Source: an uncultured virus (IMG/VR IMGVR_UViG_3300028572_000010) | Lineage: Duplodnaviria; Heunggongvirae; Uroviricota; Caudoviricetes | Virus record (IMG/VR): IMGVR_UViG_3300028572_000010 | Location: 1-64,000 of that record | DNA length: 64,000 nt | Direction: 5' to 3' (one strand) | Part shown: piece by piece, positions 20,060-27,840 of the stretch | How the letters are laid out: each line of letters starts with the position of its first letter | How positions within the stretch are numbered: the first letter of the stretch is position 1 | Notes under the pieces: model-generated | What the model was told of the DNA's origin: nothing | What the model saw: only the letters and a program-made list of their open reading frames with translations | Databases searched by the model: none | Made by a program: the position numbers and the translations under genes

Positions 20060-20332
20060 TTACCATGTCCCTGACCTTGACCCTGACCTTGACCTTGACC
20101 TTGACCCTGACCTTGACCTTGACCTTGACCTTGACTCTGACCATGACCTTGACCCTGACCTTGACCATGACCTTGACCCTGACCTTGACACTGACCATGA
20201 CCCTGACCTTGACCCTGACCCTGCCCTTGACCTTGACACTGACTCTGACCCTGACCTTGACCCTGACCTTGTCCCTGACCATGACCTTGACCCTGCGTTA
20301 TCATATTGTGCTCGTAGTAAAGAAATGTTCAT
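20060..20332 (-). CDS. Ser/Arg/Gly dipeptide-repeat protein, copy 2
   Basis: Same N-terminus as copy 1 (MNISLLRAQYDNAGSRSWSGTRS); more RS-rich. Confidence 0.6.
   Translation of the reverse strand: MNISLLRAQYDNAGSRSWSGTRSGSRSGSESVSRSRAGSGSRSGSWSVSRSGSRSWSRSGSRSWSESRSRSRSRSGSRSRSRSGSRSGTW
20061..20293. repeat. Second degenerate hexamer tandem repeat
   Basis: (TGACCT/TGACCC)n directly visible. Confidence 0.95.
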
Positions 20333-20373
20333 GTTGTTTGTTGTTCGCTAGCAAAAAAAATTAGATGACAAAA

Positions 20374-20417
20374 TAGTAAGTAAACTACCTATGAGTATCT
20401 AGGTAGTTTACTTACTA
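20374..20417. repeat. 18-bp perfect inverted repeat
   Basis: TAGTAAGTAAACTACCTA-N8-TAGGTAGTTTACTTACTA. Confidence 0.9.
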
Positions 20418-20521
20418 CTGAATGTAACTGGAAGGATAGGGGCTGAAGACTACTCTTCTCCAGCCCCCTCCTACCGCAACCGTTGGCTTACTGCTGGGCG
20501 CGCCAGGGTTGAAACTTGTAC

Positions 20522-20635
20522 TTACTTCTGGGCAGTAGGGGCCGGGGCTCTGCTCCCAGAGGGGGTGGTCTTGACAATGGCCCAGCCCAGTAAAACGACA
20601 CAGGCCACGGATAAACAGATAACAGTGATCTTCAT
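20522..20635 (-). CDS. Small membrane peptide (37 aa, not in track)
   Basis: MKITVICLSVACVVLLGWAIVKTTPSG...; first ORF after the leftward promoter. Confidence 0.45.
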   Translation of the reverse strand: MKITVICLSVACVVLLGWAIVKTTPSGSRAPAPTAQK

Positions 20636-20700
20636 AATGTTTTGTAGTAACGTTTGTTGCGGTTTACTGAGAACATCTCTAAATATTTAAAGACGCTCTA

Positions 20701-20749
20701 TCAGACTATTATACCTTTATTTAGGCAAAATAATTAGGAGGGGAGGGGT
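20701..20749 (-). promoter_or_regulatory. Putative phage-specific promoter (leftward)
   Basis: ACCCCTCCCC-N24-GGTATAATAGTCTGA. Confidence 0.55.
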
Positions 20750-20783
20750 CGGGTACTATATTACACGATACATATGAATAACG

Positions 20784-20833
20784 ACCCCTCCCCCCACCAT
20801 CTATATTTACCATAATCAGGTATAATATATTGA
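20784..20833 (+). promoter_or_regulatory. Putative phage-specific promoter (rightward)
   Basis: ACCCCTCCCC-N25-GGTATAATATATTGA. Confidence 0.55.
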
Positions 20834-21000
20834 ACAGAGTTTGTTAACTTAATGAAAATCAAAATCGCAAAAATTCAATTGCTGGCTTTTGTTCCAGCAA
20901 TAAAGATAAGGCAGGAGGGGGTTGTTAGAACTCCTGTAAAACTCACAATCAATAATAGGGACAAGATAAATTCCTTGTTCCTCCTTCAAACTAAAAACAT

Positions 21001-21843
21001 ATGCGCGTTCACGAATTAGCTAAGAAGTTGGGAATCTCTAGTAAGGAGATTCTCAAGTATGTCCCTCGGCTCAACTCAACCTCCTGCTCCTTAACAGAAC
21101 TTGAGGTTGAGGAAGTTGTTAAACTCACTAAACTCACTAATATTCAACCAGAGATGAAGTCGGTCAAGGTCGAACAGGAGGTAATCGATCTGGTTATTGA
21201 CATTACATTGGCGGGTGGGAAGTATGCCGGATTCATGCTCCGGAAACTGCAGGCTGGGAAAATTCAGCTTAATGTGGTAAAGCGTGATCCGGTTAGTGGC
21301 GAAACCAACTCCATTGCTACTTTGGTAGTGAAGGAGATCAAGCCGGAGGCATTCCCACCAATATCAGATGTAGTGAAGCAGCAAATCAAGGCTGCCTATT
21401 TAGCTACGATAAGGCAGTTGGGTGGGCCGAGTGCGAACTTAGCATCTGTAGGGGAGACTTTGAAAAAGCTCAACCCAGAGATAGACTACACTGAGTTCGG
21501 AGTTACATCGCTCTCCGAAATCATTGAAATGTTACCTGAGTTCGAGATGAAAACCGTTTCTTCAGTTGGTGGGCAGATTCGGTACATTGGGTTGAAGGAA
21601 CTGACCTCATCTAATGAAAGGGTGGAGGGTACTGTCATCTCCATCTTCACTAATGGGTATGGATTTATTCTTCCCAATATCCCTGGGGCACAACGGCTAT
21701 ACTGGCACGTCACTAACTGGGAAGATGTAACATTTCCCATCGATAGCGGGAAACTATATGAAGGAGATACCGTCTCTTTCGTATATTCCACTAATAAGAA
21801 GGGGCCATGTGCAGATAAGATCAGGTTTGTTCGGGAAGGGTAA
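21001..21843 (+). CDS. IF2-N-like + LOTUS/OST-HTH + cold-shock domain RNA-binding protein
   Basis: MRVHELAKKLGISSKEIL; NLASVGETLKKLNPEIDYTEFGVTSLSEII; GTVISIFTNGYGFI...LYEGDTVSF...KKGPCADKI. Confidence 0.75.
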   Translation: MRVHELAKKLGISSKEILKYVPRLNSTSCSLTELEVEEVVKLTKLTNIQPEMKSVKVEQEVIDLVIDITLAGGKYAGFMLRKLQAGKIQLNVVKRDPVSGETNSIATLVVKEIKPEAFPPISDVVKQQIKAAYLATIRQLGGPSANLASVGETLKKLNPEIDYTEFGVTSLSEIIEMLPEFEMKTVSSVGGQIRYIGLKELTSSNERVEGTVISIFTNGYGFILPNIPGAQRLYWHVTNWEDVTFPIDSGKLYEGDTVSFVYSTNKKGPCADKIRFVREG

Positions 21844-21913
21844 AATAATATAGTTGGTTGACTATAATAACACAACCTGGACTAGCTCCCATAAGAAGCT
21901 GTAGTTAATCTAA

Positions 21914-22300
21914 ATGAAAACAAAAACTAACCGACTAGTAGGAGAGGTTTTAAAAACCCTCTTCACTGAATTGGAAAATATAGGGGTACATGGAGATCAT
22001 ACCCTACTATTACATCATCCTGATTACCAGGAGTTAATTCAGGAATTCGTTCCGATGTGCTATGCCTTCGGACTTAACCCGTTAGGAGCCTTGAGACTTC
22101 GGTTTCCAGGCTTTGTATTCACATATCACCTGTTCCAGCTAGATGATAGTTTGGAGCAACTACAAGGATTCAATAGACCGGTTGCATTAGTGCAGCACGG
22201 TCATGTAGTTAAAATAGAGCTAGTCAAAGCTCTCAAACTAGACCAACCAACGAAAGCTGGGTACATTCCGTATCTAGTAATAACCAAAAAACAATATTGA
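21914..22300 (+). CDS. Hypothetical protein
   Basis: 128-aa ATG ORF in the rightward operon. Confidence 0.6.
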   Translation: MKTKTNRLVGEVLKTLFTELENIGVHGDHTLLLHHPDYQELIQEFVPMCYAFGLNPLGALRLRFPGFVFTYHLFQLDDSLEQLQGFNRPVALVQHGHVVKIELVKALKLDQPTKAGYIPYLVITKKQY

Positions 22301-22301
22301 T

Positions 22302-22631
22302 ATGGCATCATTAGATAACTATAATAGGGCGAACCGTCTCTTTAAGAGGCGGACAGATCCGGGGAAAATTCCACTGCATACTGATATTGCAGTGAACTTA
22401 GGGCAGCAGAATAGTAGTGCTAATCCTCACAAGATTCTGAAGTTGGAAAGCATTACTTTTTGTGGCAAGACGATCAACGGTCACTTCACTGTGATCGTAG
22501 TAGGGCATTACCAGGGTGGTGTGCATATCGAGAAGCACTACTCTGATGATATGACGGCAACTGCTGGCGATCTACCAGCTTATGTTAATGTTCCGGTAGA
22601 GTCTCAGCCCGTTCACTGGTCTCAAATTTAA
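22302..22631 (+). CDS. Hypothetical protein
   Basis: 109-aa ORF abutting the upstream gene. Confidence 0.6.
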   Translation: MASLDNYNRANRLFKRRTDPGKIPLHTDIAVNLGQQNSSANPHKILKLESITFCGKTINGHFTVIVVGHYQGGVHIEKHYSDDMTATAGDLPAYVNVPVESQPVHWSQI

Positions 22632-22693
22632 ACTAGGAGTGGTGGATTCTAAATGAGTCCACCCTCTTTAATAAAATGATAAAATATGAAAAA
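22628..22693 (+). repeat. ~66-bp intergenic direct repeat, copy 1 (hairpin + leader + ATG)
   Basis: TTAAACTAGGAGTGGTGGATTCTAAATGAGTCCACCCTCTTTAATAAAATGATAAAATATGAAAAA. Confidence 0.9.
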
Positions 22694-23324
22694 ACATAGA
22701 AGATTAATTGCAGCTTTGATGGCTGCAAAGGAAAATGGAATAAAAGAGGTTGCCCAAAAATGGGCAGAATCCATGACTAAATCCCAGCAAGACTGGGAAC
22801 ATGGGTATCTGGCAGGGACGGCGGAATGCCAATCTTATTGGATAAAAGAAATTCCGGAAAACTATCCGGACGAGTTGGTTTACACCCCATTCAGCCGGTG
22901 GGATGGTAGAAAGTTCATATCTACCGGCATTAATGCCGAATTCAGGGACACATCGGAATCGTACCGAGCCGGATATATTGCTGCTTTAAAGCAGTATATG
23001 GCTGATGAAACAGCCAAGCACCTTTGTTACCTCGAAATAGCAAGGCTAGGTCATTGGATAGGCCTAGCAAAAGAGGTGGCCCTATATCTATGGGCTAATA
23101 ATCAGGACTTCACAGAAGTTCGCAAACTGAAAACAGAGTTTATCCGATGGGATGTCGGTGGTACATACCGCCATCAAGTGCTGCTAGTAGGTGCACATAT
23201 ATGTACCAGCCACCATGGGCATTATAGGCCAGGCATAGTGGGCTACCTGTTTGGTCGTGGTAGCAGTTCTAAATCTGGAGTGGTTGATACTCTAGAAGGG
23301 ATCTTGGTCTATCAAGATCAATAA
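22686..23324 (+). CDS. Hypothetical protein flanked by direct repeats
   Basis: 212-aa ORF whose start lies within repeat copy 1. Confidence 0.65.
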   Translation: MKKHRRLIAALMAAKENGIKEVAQKWAESMTKSQQDWEHGYLAGTAECQSYWIKEIPENYPDELVYTPFSRWDGRKFISTGINAEFRDTSESYRAGYIAALKQYMADETAKHLCYLEIARLGHWIGLAKEVALYLWANNQDFTEVRKLKTEFIRWDVGGTYRHQVLLVGAHICTSHHGHYRPGIVGYLFGRGSSSKSGVVDTLEGILVYQDQ

Positions 23325-23330
23325 CTACAA

Positions 23331-23395
23331 TTAAACTAGGAGGGTGGATTCTAAATGAGTCCACCCTCTTTAATAAAATGATAAAATATGAAAAA
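23331..23395 (+). repeat. Intergenic direct repeat, copy 2
   Basis: Identical to copy 1 except for one missing T. Confidence 0.9.
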
Positions 23396-23657
23396 TTTTG
23401 CAAATGCAGTTTGTTGTGAATGCCAACGATTCGTAGTTAATGGAGCATTCTTGGATAATCCGGCTAATCAAGAATATGTAATGAAACGCCATCCAGCTAA
23501 CAGTGTTTTTGTTGATGTATCGAAGGATGGATGGGAAGCCGAGTTCGATCCGGCAGTCCATACTTCTTGTTTAGGAGGTGGTTCTACTCCTCAACTAGTT
23601 GAAGGAATGGTACCTTTATTTGAACGAGGTACAGTTCTATGGTTGGAAAAAGAATAA
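23388..23657 (+). CDS. Hypothetical protein with CCEC motif
   Basis: 89 aa; start lies within repeat copy 2. Confidence 0.6.
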   Translation: MKNFANAVCCECQRFVVNGAFLDNPANQEYVMKRHPANSVFVDVSKDGWEAEFDPAVHTSCLGGGSTPQLVEGMVPLFERGTVLWLEKE

Positions 23658-23658
23658 T

Positions 23659-23916
23659 ATGAAAACTACTCAAGAAACAATTAACTGGCTGGTAGGAGTT
23701 GTTAAAACCTCTCCTACCCAAATCACAGTGAGAGACTTGATAAATTCTGCTCTCAACAACGGGGTGCGTTCAAAAGATATTAGTCACTCTGGTAATTTGT
23801 TCCAAGCAATCCAAGCCTTGATAGTATTAGGCTTCATTAAATCATCAGAAGAACTAGTCTTTATGAATGATGATACAATATTGACTCTTGGAGAAACAAC
23901 GCTATTACAATCATGA
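23659..23916 (+). CDS. Hypothetical protein, possibly winged-helix (start revised to MKTTQ)
   Basis: ITVRDLINSA...LFQAIQALIVLGFIK pattern. Confidence 0.5.
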   Translation: MKTTQETINWLVGVVKTSPTQITVRDLINSALNNGVRSKDISHSGNLFQAIQALIVLGFIKSSEELVFMNDDTILTLGETTLLQS

Positions 23917-24037
23917 ACACTACAATTAAAACTATGAGGGCAGCAGGATTTTCCCTCCAAGATTTCCGGGGCAAGTCCAAATTCAAAAGGTACTTGCTCT
24001 GGTGTCTTGTAATTTCCTGCTCATTTCAAGAACCACT

Positions 24038-24376
24038 ATGAAATACAAAACAGTAATAACCCTCTCTGTTGAAGAGGCACAGGAAGAACTTGCAAGGCAA
24101 AAAAAGGAATTGTCAATAAACCAAGAGTTGCCTATTACTACTGAGTATGTTATTGAATTGCCTACTACTAGACGGAAAGCTGGTGATCCTCTTCCTCTCC
24201 GTCTCCGTCTTTACAAAGACCAAAAATTAGAACTGGCAAAATTTCTGATAGAAGTTATGATAGCCCTGGAGTCTGGTGAACTTAAATATGAGGTTACCGA
24301 TAATGGTTGTAGTGTTCCAGTTACAATCGAACGCGCAAAACTGTTTGTAGATAATTATCTTGCTAGTCAACCTTAA
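24038..24376 (+). CDS. Hypothetical protein (start revised to MKYKT)
   Basis: ATG ORF in the operon. Confidence 0.55.
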   Translation: MKYKTVITLSVEEAQEELARQKKELSINQELPITTEYVIELPTTRRKAGDPLPLRLRLYKDQKLELAKFLIEVMIALESGELKYEVTDNGCSVPVTIERAKLFVDNYLASQP

Positions 24377-24391
24377 ACAAGAAAGGAAAAA

Positions 24392-24644
24392 TATGGAAGT
24401 AGACTTTGAGTTAGTCCAAACCTGCATTCTTGAAATTAACAAGATTGCAGGGAAAAATTTGCAGTTCACCAAAGTCCTGTGGCATAATGACTTGGACAAT
24501 CCTGAAAATGAAGAAGCGGTTGTCTCGGTAGTGGTTAATGTCAAGGCGATGAAAAAGTTGCCAGGCATTGGTGATAAAAAAGTAGGTCAACTATTAGTCC
24601 AGCCTTTGAAAGATGCTGGATACCGGGTTTTCACTGAGCTTTAA
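24392..24644 (+). CDS. Hypothetical protein (start revised to MEVDF)
   Basis: AAGGA precedes the ATG. Confidence 0.55.
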
Positions 24645-24703
24645 ATAATCAATAAAAGTTAGTAGAGTGCATGCTACTAACTATAATAAAAAGGAATTAA
24701 GAT

Positions 24704-25136
24704 ATGAATAAAGCAATCCATGCTATACATTATGTTGGTTTCGGGGACCGAAAACTTATTCAGGACGTGCTGGTAATCATTACGAGCGGACAGGAGCTCG
24801 ACTTGCAACGGTTTGCCGGGGGTCGAGCAGGCCGGAGTCAAAATATTCAGAACTAAACCTAAGGACCTAGCTTTTCAGCTAGTTGACGGTATAGTGTATA
24901 ACGCGAACGTACTCACTAATGGAGTTAACCATGGTGGGTATTCACGGACGTTATGGGTAGATGATTCCTTGGTTAGTATATGTCTAACTATAGATTCAGT
25001 ATTAATAAGAGACAGTTACATCTGGGACATGACTGGTAACTTGATTGTTGAACCAAGACAATCAGTGTTAGCCCAATTTACTGACAAAGAGTTGACAGAA
25101 TTCGCCAGGACTGGGCTTCTCATTAAGATGAAATGA
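24704..25136 (+). pseudogene. Possibly frameshifted hypothetical gene
   Basis: The 50-aa ORF from ATG 24704 overlaps the +1-frame ORF 24813-25136, which has only a TTG start. Confidence 0.35.
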
Positions 25137-25149
25137 AATTCACTTACCT

Positions 25150-25198
25150 ACCCCACCCCTCTACCATGATTTCAAGTAATTGTGGTATAACATAATGA
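25150..25198 (+). promoter_or_regulatory. Third copy of the putative phage-specific promoter
   Basis: ACCCCACCCC-N24-GGTATAACATAATGA. Confidence 0.55.
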
Positions 25199-25245
25199 AC
25201 AAGGATATTAGCCTTTGTTATAAGAACAATCAACAATTAATAAAT

Positions 25246-25647
25246 ATGAAAAAAGCATTGTGGTTTTCACGGCATACCCCAACCCCTGTCCAAACCGCTG
25301 AGGCGGTGGGGATGGGGTTCGAACTGGTGATATTGGAGGAGGCAACAAAGTATGCCTCCATGTCAATCCAGACTGATGACGATTTATTGGGGGTGGTGGC
25401 GTACTTGCAGTACGCGGAGCTTCCTGACTGTCCTCCTGACTGTCCTCCCTCCGAGAATATATTCTCGGCGGTGTTTGGTGTCTTTGCAGCACCGGTGCAG
25501 TCCCATTTGGTTAATGAAACTGCAAGATATGTAACTGGAGGTGGGACGGCAATTCCATGCTACTCTGCATGGAATGTGCAACGGACGGTGGAAGGTGGGA
25601 AACCTACTTTCGAACACAAGCAGTGGGTGTTTGTAGGGCGGATTTAG
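25246..25647 (+). CDS. Conserved hypothetical protein, WFSRH..T..Q type (start revised to MKKALW)
   Basis: MKKALWFSRHTPTPVQ...FEHKQW; contains a 12-nt tandem duplication encoding PDCPPDCPP. Confidence 0.6.
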   Translation: MKKALWFSRHTPTPVQTAEAVGMGFELVILEEATKYASMSIQTDDDLLGVVAYLQYAELPDCPPDCPPSENIFSAVFGVFAAPVQSHLVNETARYVTGGGTAIPCYSAWNVQRTVEGGKPTFEHKQWVFVGRI

Positions 25648-25654
25648 TATTTCA

Positions 25655-25681
25655 TGAGGGATTAATCATCCCTCTTTTTTA
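25655..25681 (+). terminator. Rho-independent terminator
   Basis: GAGGGAT-TAATC-ATCCCTC followed by a T run. Confidence 0.7.
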
Positions 25682-25733
25682 ACAATACAATCCCAGCATA
25701 ACAAACTAAGCAAAAGGATGAAAGACAAAAAAT

Positions 25734-26174
25734 ATGAGAACGAGGCAGGAAATAAAAGAAATATTTGAGGGAAGGGGCTGCACCGTAATAGTGGCTTCTT
25801 GTGAGCGTTGTTGGCCTCAACTGCCGGCAAGCGATGGATCCGGTGAGATATGGATTTTGGCACCAGGCTTGCCAACAAAAGGACCATTTGAAATAACCAA
25901 AGCTCCTTTTGGGGCTTCTGATGCTGCAAATACTAATCATCCTGATACACAGGAAACCTATGATATATGGGTGTTTTCAAAACCTGATGAAACCGGCGAT
26001 GGTTATGTTCCTTGTTCTGAGCAGGAATTTAATGAGGCAGCGGCAGATAAGAAAATGTTGTTTAAATACAACTTTTTACCAACAAGCAGAGGCGTTGGTT
26101 GGTTCTGTAGGGCCTCAGAAAAGAAGCGTCTCCAAGCTGACCTTACTAGTACCTTTAAAGTATTAGGAGTATAA
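25734..26174 (+). CDS. Hypothetical protein
   Basis: 146-aa ATG ORF followed by a terminator. Confidence 0.6.
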   Translation: MRTRQEIKEIFEGRGCTVIVASCERCWPQLPASDGSGEIWILAPGLPTKGPFEITKAPFGASDAANTNHPDTQETYDIWVFSKPDETGDGYVPCSEQEFNEAAADKKMLFKYNFLPTSRGVGWFCRASEKKRLQADLTSTFKVLGV

Positions 26175-26185
26175 GTTAAAACAAC

Positions 26186-26216
26186 AGGTTGAGAGTGCAA
26201 ACTCAACCTCTTTTTT
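26186..26216 (+). terminator. Rho-independent terminator between convergent genes
   Basis: AGGTTGAG...CTCAACCT followed by a T run. Confidence 0.7.
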
Positions 26217-26221
26217 AACTA

Positions 26222-27016
26222 TCAATTTTGCCCAAAGTACTTCTGATACAATTCTTGAGCTAAAGGTGGATTAGTAGTGGCTAGATGTTTAACCATCTGC
26301 AATAGTTGACCCATACCTTGTTCATGAATTCCAGGATCACTATTCCACAATCTACCAGGCAGACCATTAGCAGCACTTTGTAATTGATCGAATAGACCGT
26401 TATTATTCGTCATATTGTGTTGCAGTCTTTGATATAACTCATTAGGATCAGGTTCAGGACTACCACCTCTAGTAACGCTATCTACTCTAGGAAGACCAAC
26501 ACTAGTATATGGATCACCTAATATATCGTTAGCAGATCTATTCAAATCCAGATCTGGTTTCCCTAAATTACTATAAGCTGAACGCAAAGCTTGGTTCTCT
26601 ACTTCTGGAGTAATAGCTTGTCTAGCAATTGGTTTTTCATTAGATATACTATTATCGTTGTTAAAATCCTCCAAACTTTGAGCACCTTCACCTAATTCAT
26701 GATTCATTAAATGATACTTACCAGCAGTATCTTGGTAATCATAAGTTCCACCATTATTAGATTTAGCATATCCCCTCAATTTCCAACCATCATATTGTGG
26801 CATAATACCATGATTTAGATTAGTAGGTGGTTGAGTAGGTAGAACTTGAGGTGGAGGAGTGTTGGCTAAAGGAGGAGGTGGAGCTGGGTTAGGTGAAGGA
26901 GCTGATTGAATAGGTGGAGAGCTGGGTTTAGGAGCTGGCTTAGGTTGACTAATATTGCCTGGATTAGTTAGAGCAGCCTTAATAAAACCATTAATAAAGT
27001 GTTCATTTAAATGCAT
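26222..27016 (-). CDS. FINGFIKAA-tag protein with Pro-rich linker and unknown cargo
   Basis: MHLNEHFINGFIKAALT, then a Pro-rich stretch. Confidence 0.7.
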   Translation of the reverse strand: MHLNEHFINGFIKAALTNPGNISQPKPAPKPSSPPIQSAPSPNPAPPPPLANTPPPQVLPTQPPTNLNHGIMPQYDGWKLRGYAKSNNGGTYDYQDTAGKYHLMNHELGEGAQSLEDFNNDNSISNEKPIARQAITPEVENQALRSAYSNLGKPDLDLNRSANDILGDPYTSVGLPRVDSVTRGGSPEPDPNELYQRLQHNMTNNNGLFDQLQSAANGLPGRLWNSDPGIHEQGMGQLLQMVKHLATTNPPLAQELYQKYFGQN

Positions 27017-27061
27017 AATGATATAATACCAAACAATAACAATTTTTACAATAACAACAAT

Positions 27062-27508
27062 ATGGCTTTAATAATTTATACAGATGGTGGAGCAAGTTCA
27101 AAAGATAAGGTTGGTGGGTGTAGCGCCATTATATGTAATGACGATATAGTAATAAAAAGATTAACTGCGGCTTACCCTGATGTTACTAATAACCAGATGG
27201 AAATTTATGGTGCTATTTTAGGATTATCATACATACTAGACAATCCCGAACTAGGTACTATAGTTAAAGTAATTGCTGATAGTGAGTATGTAGTATTGGG
27301 AGCTAGTCTATGGATAACTAATTGGAAGAGAAATGGTTGGAGGACAAAAGATAAAAAACCAGTAAAAAATAAAGTACTGTGGGAAACTATGGATTGTTTT
27401 ATGGATAAATTAAAGATTACCTGGGAATGGACTAAGGGCCATGCCGGAAATCCTCTAAATGAAGAAGCAGATAGTTTGGCAGTACAGGCTTATAAAGACT
27501 TGTTGTAA
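27062..27508 (+). CDS. rnhA: Ribonuclease HI
   Basis: IYTDGG, TNNQME, DSEYV, WKRNGW, VKNKxLW, WTKGHAGNPLNEEADxLA. Confidence 0.95.
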   Translation: MALIIYTDGGASSKDKVGGCSAIICNDDIVIKRLTAAYPDVTNNQMEIYGAILGLSYILDNPELGTIVKVIADSEYVVLGASLWITNWKRNGWRTKDKKPVKNKVLWETMDCFMDKLKITWEWTKGHAGNPLNEEADSLAVQAYKDLL

Positions 27509-27510
27509 TG

Positions 27511-27538
27511 AGAGGGGAGACTGCAAATCCCTTTTTTT
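27511..27538 (+). terminator. Rho-independent terminator
   Basis: AGAGGGGA...TCCCTTTTTT. Confidence 0.6.
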
Positions 27539-27585
27539 AGCTATCAGTAATTGACATAAGAAAATATTAAGCTATATTTACAGTT

Positions 27586-27840
27586 ATGATAAATATTAAT
27601 TCTTATATCGTTACAGAAAATTCAGTGGTTAGTGGAGTTACTTCTGGAGTTGAGGCATTACTTAAAGATGTGAATAACTTTAGCAAACCTGAGGTAGTTA
27701 TAAATACAATCGCTAGTTCGGTAATGGATGAACTATGCAATGTATTTGATTTCGGAGATCAGCCGCTAAGATTCACCCCAGACTTGATGCGGAAAATACT
27801 GCAATTAGCTAAGGAGCAGGAAAAGGAAGAGAAAGCTTAA
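27586..27840 (+). CDS. Hypothetical protein
   Basis: 84 aa; TTGACA-N16-TATATT lies 7 nt before the ATG. Confidence 0.65.
   Translation: MININSYIVTENSVVSGVTSGVEALLKDVNNFSKPEVVINTIASSVMDELCNVFDFGDQPLRFTPDLMRKILQLAKEQEKEEKA

Noticed and set aside
19147..20293. Repeat arrays as a CRISPR array
   Set aside because: They are contiguous hexamers with no unique spacers, and no cas genes are visible.
19133..20364. (LT)n, (VR)n and (QG)n ORFs in the other frames of the hexamer arrays
   Set aside because: These are by-products of stop-free repeats. The Ser/Arg/Gly frame has a shared unique N-terminus, an A-rich leader and the operon orientation.
24038..24376. Ribosomal L7/L12 C-terminal-like domain (QKLELAKFL...TIERAKLFVD)
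   Set aside because: The similarity is too weak to call by eye.
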